From: Parachlamydiales bacterium
GTDB taxonomy: Bacteria > Chlamydiota > Chlamydiia > Chlamydiales > SM23-39
DNA: 64,000 nucleotides
Direction: 5' to 3'
Assembly (NCBI GenBank): GCA_050302075.1
Contig: JBNLAH010000005.1
Location: 96,001 to 160,000 of the forward strand
A model generated the notes under the pieces. The model did not search any database and was not told the origin of the DNA. It saw only the letters and a program-made list of their open reading frames with translations. Below, one piece after another: positions 11,065 to 18,057 of the stretch. Made by a program: the position numbers and the translations under genes. Positions within the stretch are counted from its first letter, which is position 1. Each line of letters begins with the position of its first letter.

Positions 11065-11934
11065 ATGACTAGAAATTTGTATAGAAATCTAATTTTAAAG
11101 ATTAGATATATTCCGTTGCTTTTGTTGGCTCTTGTTCTCTGCTCTTGTTCTACCCAAGAGGGAATTCAATATCGTCATTACACAAACAATATTCCCCAGT
11201 CTATTCATGTTTTGGAAGTAAATCCTAATGTTTGCCACATAATCCCAGCTAGAGCTCTCGATCAGAGTGTTGGAAGAGAAAATGTATTATCTCTTTCTAA
11301 AAGAAAAAAAGCGATTGCAGCGTTCAATGGAGGATTTTTCGAAATTGGTAAACATGAAGGTGCTCCTGCGGGTATTTTGAAAATTGACAATAAGTGGTAT
11401 GGCCTTCCTACTAAACCGCGTGGTGCTATCGGATGGAAAAATGACGGCAAAAAAGTTGTATTCGATAGAGTTTTAACTCACTTAGAAGGAATCGAGTTTT
11501 TTGTTGATTCACAAACAAATAACACGACCCATTCTGATTGGAAAGATATGGATCACATTGTGGGAGGAACTCCTCTTCTCATCCAAAATGGTGAGAAAAT
11601 TCAAGATTTTTCAGCTGAGCAAACTATTTCATCATTTCTTGCTCTGAGGCATGCCCGCACAGCTGTAGGCATACTTCCTAATGGGAATTGGGTGTTTGTA
11701 GTCGTTGACGGAAAACAACCGGAGCTAAGCTATGGTATGACAATGGATGAACTAGCTGACTTTATGGAGAATCTAGGTTGTACATATGCTCTAAATTTGG
11801 ATGGGGGAGGGTCTACAACATTCGTATACGAGGATAAAGTCATTAATCAGCCAACGGGTGATGGTGACGATGACGACGAAGGTAAGCGTATACTAAGACC
11901 CGTCTCAGATGCTATTCTTATTATGAAAAAATAG
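11065..11934 (+). CDS. Phosphodiester glycosidase (NAGPA-like) family lipoprotein
   Basis: AAFNGGFF, RHARTAVG, VVVDG, ALNLDGGGST motifs; lipobox-like LCSC. Confidence 0.88.
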   Translation: MTRNLYRNLILKIRYIPLLLLALVLCSCSTQEGIQYRHYTNNIPQSIHVLEVNPNVCHIIPARALDQSVGRENVLSLSKRKKAIAAFNGGFFEIGKHEGAPAGILKIDNKWYGLPTKPRGAIGWKNDGKKVVFDRVLTHLEGIEFFVDSQTNNTTHSDWKDMDHIVGGTPLLIQNGEKIQDFSAEQTISSFLALRHARTAVGILPNGNWVFVVVDGKQPELSYGMTMDELADFMENLGCTYALNLDGGGSTTFVYEDKVINQPTGDGDDDDEGKRILRPVSDAILIMKK

Positions 11935-12117
11935 TTTTTTTATAATTTGATCTTGTTTTGGGGCAGTATTTCTTAACAGAAAAAGCCCCATAAGTTAATC
12001 TTTTCCCCATAGAAGTATACTTAGTGACTATTAACTGGATTTTTAAGGGGATATACTTAAAACCTCTTGTCACTTTGCATCTCAGTAGTAAGTTTTGTAA
12101 TAACAAAGTTATAAAAT

Positions 12118-13158
12118 ATGATAATTTTAAACCGCATATTCCTATTTCTTGCATGTCTTGTCTCATTTGTAGTGCTAGCTTCTGATAATGACTATTTCCT
12201 AAATCCGCAGCTTTATTCTGAACAAGAACTATCAGACATGCGCAAGGAGAAAAGCCTTGATATGTGTTGGAACTTTGGCAAGAACAGTCATTTTCGTTTT
12301 ATAAGTAGTAAAGAAGATGTCTATTTTGAAATATATCTTGGCGAATTGCCTCACATTTATGAAGACTTTTTGAATCGTATAAAAAATAAGTTTGTTCAAA
12401 ATAAATCAGGACAACTAGTCTTTTCTTATAAGTTAGCTACATCAGGAAAAGAGGAGGTGAACACTTTTTTTATTACTAAAAAGGAAGGGAATCCTGATGA
12501 GTTTTCCTATATTGTTGCTGAAAGAAGAATTATAGAAGATGCATATCCTAACCTCATAAACCAAGAAACTTTGGAAAAAGTCATAAGAACTAAAAAAGTT
12601 CTTTTTTATACAGGTGCTGGATTATCTCTAGCTTCAGATGTTCCAGCTATGAATGAGTTAAATAAACTGTTGGGGTTAGAAGTAGGGAAAAAATTTATTT
12701 TTTCATTAGAAAATGCAATAAAATCACCACGTCAATTTGCAGAGAAAATCAAGTTTTTTCATGATGCTTGCTTGTACAGTGCTCCTACCAAAGCTCATTT
12801 AGCTTTAAGGGATCTCAGTTTGTATAACAATACCCGACTGGTTACTGAGAATTTAGATTGCTTGCACGAAGCTAGTGGTATTTTTCCTTATAGAATTGAT
12901 TCTAAGCATTTAAGGGAAGAGATAGGAGGCCGGAGTCTTGCTCAATTTGACTATATTATTTGCATTGGGCTTAGTTTTGATGATCGTGGTTTTCTAGGAT
13001 GGTACAAAGAACAAAACCCTCAAGGTAAAATTATAGCTGTTGATATCAGCAAACCTTCGTATTTAGGAAATGAAGATTTTTTAGTACAAGATGATCTTCA
13101 ATCGCTTATCCCCAATATTCAAAAAGCAATTACTACGTCAACAACTAAGGCTAGGTAA
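12118..13158 (+). CDS. Sir2/sirtuin-domain protein with N-terminal signal peptide
   Basis: VLFYTGAGLSLASDVP, PTKAHLAL, LVTENLDCLHEASG, IICIGLS in the C-terminal half; hydrophobic N-terminus. Confidence 0.8.
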   Translation: MIILNRIFLFLACLVSFVVLASDNDYFLNPQLYSEQELSDMRKEKSLDMCWNFGKNSHFRFISSKEDVYFEIYLGELPHIYEDFLNRIKNKFVQNKSGQLVFSYKLATSGKEEVNTFFITKKEGNPDEFSYIVAERRIIEDAYPNLINQETLEKVIRTKKVLFYTGAGLSLASDVPAMNELNKLLGLEVGKKFIFSLENAIKSPRQFAEKIKFFHDACLYSAPTKAHLALRDLSLYNNTRLVTENLDCLHEASGIFPYRIDSKHLREEIGGRSLAQFDYIICIGLSFDDRGFLGWYKEQNPQGKIIAVDISKPSYLGNEDFLVQDDLQSLIPNIQKAITTSTTKAR

Positions 13159-13265
13159 CTATAATTAGTTTTTTGAATTCAGTGTATTCTTAGAAGTATG
13201 AGTTGATATTTAAATAATAGAGCTGTAATTTTTTCCTTTTTTATTAAACTTAAGGGACTTTATTT

Positions 13266-14720
13266 ATGAGAATGTCTAGATTGTATTTCCCACTTTTTCT
13301 GTTTCTTTTTCTTTTTACAGGAGTTTATCCACATACTCCTTTGCCTTGCTTGAAAGAGAATAAATACTTGGTGAAAAAACCTGTGTTGAGTCTATATGAA
13401 GAACCTTCCGAGAAGTCTTCATTTGTTACCCAGACGATATATGGACATCAAGTTTATTTAGTTGAAAAGCTTAATGAAGATTGGGCTATTGTTGAAACAG
13501 AAGACAATTATCGTGGCTATGCAAAAGTTGAAGGACTGATTTTAGATAATCCTCGTTGGAGAACAAGTAAAAATCTTTGTCGTACTAAATCGATAGCATC
13601 TTTAGTATACTCAATTCCAGATACAGAAAAGCCAGCTCTTTTAAGACTACCTTTTGACTCTAGGCTTGAGTTAGTACAAAGCTTTGATTCATCAGATGAT
13701 CGATGGTTGGAAGTCATTCTCATTGATGGGAAAAAAGGATGGGTACAAAGGGGAGATTTGGAAATTCTGAAAGCTAAGAGCTTAGAAGATGTGGTTGCTT
13801 TATCTCGTCAATTTTCTGAATTGCCTTATACCTGGGGGGGCACTTCTTCTGAAGGCTTTGACTGCTCAGGGTATGTACAAACCTTGTTTAAGCAAATGGG
13901 AGTATTACTACCTCGAGATAGCAGGCCTCAAGCAGCTTCAGAAAAAGTAAATATTATAGACAATCCAGGAAGCCCAGGAGATTTAGTATTTTTTGGAAGT
14001 ACAAAGATTATTCATGTTGGAGTCTATTTAGGAGACGGAAATTTTATCCATTCAGGAGTATGGCATCATAATCCAAAAATAACTATAACAAGCTTAGAGT
14101 CAGCTCCAAGGCAATTGCTAGCTTCCTGTAGAGTAAAAAAGCCTGTTTATAGTGCATCTATTCATTCGATTGATAAGAAAATTAAGTCTAAAATTACTCA
14201 TTCTTGGAAGGGAGATAATCCTGAGCCAATAAAAAATTTACGGTATATTCAACTGACTCATTGGGGGTTTGATGGGTATGTTCATAATGGTGAACTAATA
14301 GTCCATAAAGATGTAGCTCAAGAAGTTGTAGATATTTTTGAAGAGTTGTTTTCTCAGCAATACCCTATTGAAAAAATGCTTTTAGTTGATCAATATAAAG
14401 CAAACGATAATTTATCTTGCGAGGACAATAACTCATCTGCTTTTTGTTCTAGACTCGCCGTAGGAAAGAATGAATGGTCTTATCATAGCTATGGGCGTGC
14501 TATAGATATTAATACTCTCTTGAATCCCTATCATAGAGACAACGTAATTATCCCACAAAATGGGAAAGAGTTTTTAGATCGTACAATCCCTTGTAGGGGA
14601 GTAATTACTCATGATGATCCTTGCTATAAAGCCTTTGTATCTAGAGGATGGAAATGGGGAGGTGATTGGATGAGCTCAAAAGGATATGTTGACTATCAGC
14701 ATTTTTATAAGGAGATGTAA
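13266..14720 (+). CDS. Exported SH3-SH3-NlpC/P60 + M15-family peptidoglycan peptidase fusion
   Basis: PYTWGG..GFDCSG, LPRDS..Q, PGDLVFF, HVGVY..FIHS (NlpC/P60), followed by SYHSYGRAIDIN, GWKWGGDW, DYQHF (M15 Zn peptidase). Confidence 0.88.
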   Translation: MRMSRLYFPLFLFLFLFTGVYPHTPLPCLKENKYLVKKPVLSLYEEPSEKSSFVTQTIYGHQVYLVEKLNEDWAIVETEDNYRGYAKVEGLILDNPRWRTSKNLCRTKSIASLVYSIPDTEKPALLRLPFDSRLELVQSFDSSDDRWLEVILIDGKKGWVQRGDLEILKAKSLEDVVALSRQFSELPYTWGGTSSEGFDCSGYVQTLFKQMGVLLPRDSRPQAASEKVNIIDNPGSPGDLVFFGSTKIIHVGVYLGDGNFIHSGVWHHNPKITITSLESAPRQLLASCRVKKPVYSASIHSIDKKIKSKITHSWKGDNPEPIKNLRYIQLTHWGFDGYVHNGELIVHKDVAQEVVDIFEELFSQQYPIEKMLLVDQYKANDNLSCEDNNSSAFCSRLAVGKNEWSYHSYGRAIDINTLLNPYHRDNVIIPQNGKEFLDRTIPCRGVITHDDPCYKAFVSRGWKWGGDWMSSKGYVDYQHFYKEM

Positions 14721-14737
14721 GATATTTCAATACTGTA

Positions 14738-14766
14738 GTTGGCAAAATCAAGGAGGTTTTGCCAAC
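14738..14766. terminator. Hairpin between convergent genes, probable bidirectional terminator
   Basis: GTTGGCAAAA...TTTTGCCAAC 10-bp inverted repeat. Confidence 0.6.
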
Positions 14767-14798
14767 AATTATAAAAAAAACTGGCTATGGTTTTTTAA

Positions 14799-15920
14799 TT
14801 AGGATTCCTCATCTAAAGGTACTTCAAATCCTTTAGTATTATAAATTTTTAGCCCACTTGGAATAATAATCTTTAATAAATCGATTAAACAAGCTGTTTC
14901 AATATCTACTTTTGATGAAAAATATTTAAGCAATAATCCATTAAGTAGTACTTTTAATTTTTCTCTCTCGTCTTTAGTTTCAATAGTAGAAGAGAGGTCT
15001 ATGCCCAGATTTTGATATTCAATATTGACTTCTTCTTCAAGGTATCTCAACAAGCTCTGACATCTTAGATGAAAGGTGCCTATAGCTTTATCTTGCAAAA
15101 AGCTGATATCAGTAATTTTTGAGCGCAATAAGCTCTCAGGAACTACTAATCCTATAATTGATTCTGATGGGATAGTTAATTTAACCATTGCTTCGCCCGG
15201 CAAAGTAGAATTATGTTTCTCAGTAGCTGAAACATCTCGTATTGCAAAAGAAATGCCGTTTTTGATGAACAGCCCAAATGCTCCATTACTAGTTCCAGTT
15301 CCATAAATATGTACTGGGGACCTTGCACAGCTAATATGGAGATCACCATTTTCCCCATTATTAAATACACCATTTTTAGACTGCCATCCGTAGTTAAAAC
15401 CTAAAGTGAGGTTTTTTGCGCTTGCAGCTTTTTTACTTAGAATGCCGAACCTTAGTATTGAAGGAACTTTCCATATTGCATTTCCAATTCCGTGGAATAA
15501 TAGTTCTGGATCTTTCATTAAATCACCATATTCAGACGAATGTAAAATCCTTTCTGTTTGGTAGGTATCTGAAGCAAATTTCAATGTCCTTTCACGATGG
15601 GGGTTAATTATTGGACAAGTACCCGAAACAAGTTTCGATACCTTAGTAAGATAATCTGGTTTTTCAGTATCAATAGAGGATGTATTGGTGGATGGTTTAG
15701 GTATTAAAAGTCCTATCCTTGAAAAGGAGCCTCTAGCTCTTTTTTTTTCTGCACTTCTTCTAATGAGTTCTTTAAGAGAAGAAGTTGAAGATTTGGGTAT
15801 TAAAGATATTATTCTTGAGTAGATAGTGCCTTGAGTTATTCCTTTTTTTACTTCTCTTCTAATAAACTCTTCAAAAGTGGGAGGGCATGTGTAAGGGACA
15901 ATAGCTGTACAGGTGTTCAT
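14799..15920 (-). CDS. Hypothetical protein, possible ADP-ribosyltransferase fold
   Basis: LLFHG..VPSILRFGILSK and GEAMVKLTIPSESIIGLV resemble ART/DarT-type strand motifs; SD TAGGA. Confidence 0.5.
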   Translation of the reverse strand: MNTCTAIVPYTCPPTFEEFIRREVKKGITQGTIYSRIISLIPKSSTSSLKELIRRSAEKKRARGSFSRIGLLIPKPSTNTSSIDTEKPDYLTKVSKLVSGTCPIINPHRERTLKFASDTYQTERILHSSEYGDLMKDPELLFHGIGNAIWKVPSILRFGILSKKAASAKNLTLGFNYGWQSKNGVFNNGENGDLHISCARSPVHIYGTGTSNGAFGLFIKNGISFAIRDVSATEKHNSTLPGEAMVKLTIPSESIIGLVVPESLLRSKITDISFLQDKAIGTFHLRCQSLLRYLEEEVNIEYQNLGIDLSSTIETKDEREKLKVLLNGLLLKYFSSKVDIETACLIDLLKIIIPSGLKIYNTKGFEVPLDEES

Positions 15921-16173
15921 TTGTTATTCCTATAGTAAAAAATAGTTTTTTAGATAAAGAGTTGCATTTTTTATAATTTTAACGCGGATAGATTATTAAA
16001 TACTTAGATAAAAAGAAAGAAGGGTTATAGTCCGCTTGTAAATTATTTTGATACAGTATTAAGGTTTATTTTTCTCTCTTGATAAGATGTAGGTCTTAAA
16101 TTTATTCATTAGCAAAAACGTATAATAAATAAGCCTTTGCTAAAACACTAAGAAATTCAAAATAGTACTTAAA

Positions 16174-16887
16174 ATGACAGCTTATAATAAATTAAAACCT
16201 AAGAAAATGGTTTTTGTTGTTCTTTGGGCCCTCTGTATTTTGGGTTCATGGTCTTTGCTTCCTTATGCAAAACATTTAGGGTTGATTCCTTCAGCTATTT
16301 CACTTACTAAAATGGTTTTAGTGACTACAGCTCAAACAATGTTATTTTTTGGAGTTATATGTTGGGTGAGTTATTTGATCCTTCCTAGGACTGATTTATT
16401 GCCTTTTTCAACCGATAAGCCTTTCAAAAGAATTGTCTACCCTGGGATAATTGCAGGCCTTTTTGTGGCCCTTATCATTTATCTGTTTGATGCAATGCTA
16501 TTTAATAGCTCTTTTTTGTCCGGTGTTCATCCCCCTGTTTGGACTGGGTTACTGGCATCATTTTATGGCGGGATAAATGAAGAGATATTGCTTAGATTGT
16601 TTTTATTTACTTTAATATATTTTCTTTTTAAGAAAGTTTTTAAGTTTGAGTTGCACAACCGTCTAGGTTTTTTATGGGCTACTAATGTAATTGTGGCAAT
16701 TATTTTCGGATTAGGTCACCTACCAGCTGCTTTTAAGATTACTACCCCATCTTCTTTTGAGGTCTTTCGAATACTCTTATTGAATGGCATACCTGGAGTC
16801 ATATTTGGATGGCTTTATTGGTCTCGAGGATTATGGTCAGCTATGGCAGCTCATTTTGTTGCGGACCTGATGATACATGGAGTTTAA
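16174..16887 (+). CDS. CPBP (CAAX/Abi) family intramembrane glutamic metalloprotease
   Basis: EEILLR, FGLGH, AMAAHFVAD motifs; multiple TM segments. Confidence 0.9.
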   Translation: MTAYNKLKPKKMVFVVLWALCILGSWSLLPYAKHLGLIPSAISLTKMVLVTTAQTMLFFGVICWVSYLILPRTDLLPFSTDKPFKRIVYPGIIAGLFVALIIYLFDAMLFNSSFLSGVHPPVWTGLLASFYGGINEEILLRLFLFTLIYFLFKKVFKFELHNRLGFLWATNVIVAIIFGLGHLPAAFKITTPSSFEVFRILLLNGIPGVIFGWLYWSRGLWSAMAAHFVADLMIHGV

Positions 16888-16931
16888 TAAACTTTAGCCC
16901 TTTCTAGAATTAAATTAGGTTTAAAAGCAAG

Positions 16932-16952
16932 GGCACCTTATTTTTAGGTGCC
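16932..16952. terminator. Hairpin between convergent genes
   Basis: GGCACCT...AGGTGCC inverted repeat. Confidence 0.5.
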
Positions 16953-16970
16953 TTAAGTATGAGAGGGGAA

Positions 16971-17231
16971 TTATCTTAGAATTTTGTATATTATATTATT
17001 TATTGCTTCTTTAAGTTTAATTTCAGTTATATTACATGCTAGCTTAATGCTAATGTCTAGTAGATCTTCTGAATTACTATTGTTAGAGTGATATGCTTGT
17101 AATAATGAATTACAAAGTGCATAAATAGTGTTATCTCGATCTTTAGATGGAGCATATTTTAAAGCTTCTTTTGCCTTCTCAAAAAGATTTATAATACTTT
17201 TGTTAGTTTCTGTTTCAATTGCTGCTGCCAT
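16971..17231 (-). CDS. Small hypothetical helical protein (paralog of 17494-17766)
   Basis: Strong SD TAGGAG; own promoter-like TTGAAA-17-TAAAGT; downstream hairpin. Confidence 0.7.
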   Translation of the reverse strand: MAAAIETETNKSIINLFEKAKEALKYAPSKDRDNTIYALCNSLLQAYHSNNSNSEDLLDISIKLACNITEIKLKEAINNIIYKILR

Positions 17232-17426
17232 AGTTTATTTCTCCTATTAGTTATTTTTGTTACAAAAAGTGAAAACTTTAATCAGCTTCTTAATAATTTT
17301 CAAATAATTTTTCCAAGAAGGCGCTGATGATGACTTTCGATGAAAAATTGTATTTTCTAGTTGATGAGTTTTAGGAATTTTAAGGACAGGAATTTAATTT
17401 TTCGCTCTTAAGATATGAAAAAACTG

Positions 17427-17451
17427 AGCTACTTTCTAAAAGATAGTAGCT
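17427..17451 (-). terminator. Probable intrinsic terminator of the 17494-17766 gene
   Basis: AGCTACT..AGTAGCT stem with an A-run on the + strand side (T-run on minus). Confidence 0.5.
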
Positions 17452-17493
17452 ACAGCTCAATGATTTTGAGTCTAAGTCTTTGCTAAGATAAGT

Positions 17494-17766
17494 TTAGTTA
17501 GAATTCATTCTTGAAAGAACTCGATTGTTAACTGCAATAACTTTATTTGTTATCTTGGTGACGACTCCTTTTGAAAGTACTGAAAGTGTTTCATCTGTAA
17601 CTTTATTTGCTAGCTGGATTCCAATGGCTTGTAAGTCTGGATTTTGGGTTCTAGCGAAAGCTCTCATTACTCTAATAACCATAAGAGAGATTGCTTTATC
17701 GTCGGTTTCTTCTGCTAAAGTCGTATTAGCTAGTGCTAATAATTCTTGAGTTGATATTGCAGCCAT
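17494..17766 (-). CDS. Small hypothetical helical protein (paralog of 16971-17231)
   Basis: Strong SD TAGGAG; promoter-like element upstream. Confidence 0.7.
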   Translation of the reverse strand: MAAISTQELLALANTTLAEETDDKAISLMVIRVMRAFARTQNPDLQAIGIQLANKVTDETLSVLSKGVVTKITNKVIAVNNRVLSRMNSN

Positions 17767-17809
17767 ATTTATTTCTCCTATATCTATTTTTTTCTTTGGA
17801 TGGGGATGA

Positions 17810-17838
17810 AGTGTAATTGTTTACTTAGTAAAAGACAA
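17810..17838 (-). promoter_or_regulatory. Putative sigma66/sigma70-type promoter
   Basis: Minus strand TTGTCT-17 nt-TACACT, about 45 nt upstream of the ATG at 17766. Confidence 0.5.
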
Positions 17839-17999
17839 ATAATATTTAACAAGAGACTGTCGGTAATAAATATTTATAACTTGTGTCATGAGATTCTAAT
17901 CCATGCAAAGATATAAAATTCTTATTAGCGGATGTTAAAAGGGGAATTTTAAGCAGAGCTTTTTAGATTGGATAAGAAGACAGGTAGATTTTATTATTG

Positions 18000-18025
18000 C
18001 CTCCCAAGGTAATTCCCTTGGGAGG
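18000..18025 (-). terminator. GC-rich hairpin downstream of the F-box-like gene
   Basis: CCTCCCAAGG-6 nt-CCTTGGGAGG perfect 10-bp stem. Confidence 0.65.
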
Positions 18026-18057
18026 TAGTTCTTGCATTTTAAGTTGCTAAATATTCA

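Noticed and set aside
16109..16143. TTAGCAAA...TTTGCTAA inverted repeat around a TATAAT upstream of the CPBP gene, as a CIRCE
   Set aside because: The spacer is 19 nt, incompatible with CIRCE geometry; could be chance in AT-rich DNA
12118..16887. Sir2 + ART-like + Abi/CPBP genes as a known anti-phage system (Thoeris, DarTG, Sir2-HerA)
   Set aside because: No TIR, macrodomain, HerA or pAgo partner; the genes are on different strands and separated by terminators; Sir2 has an export signal
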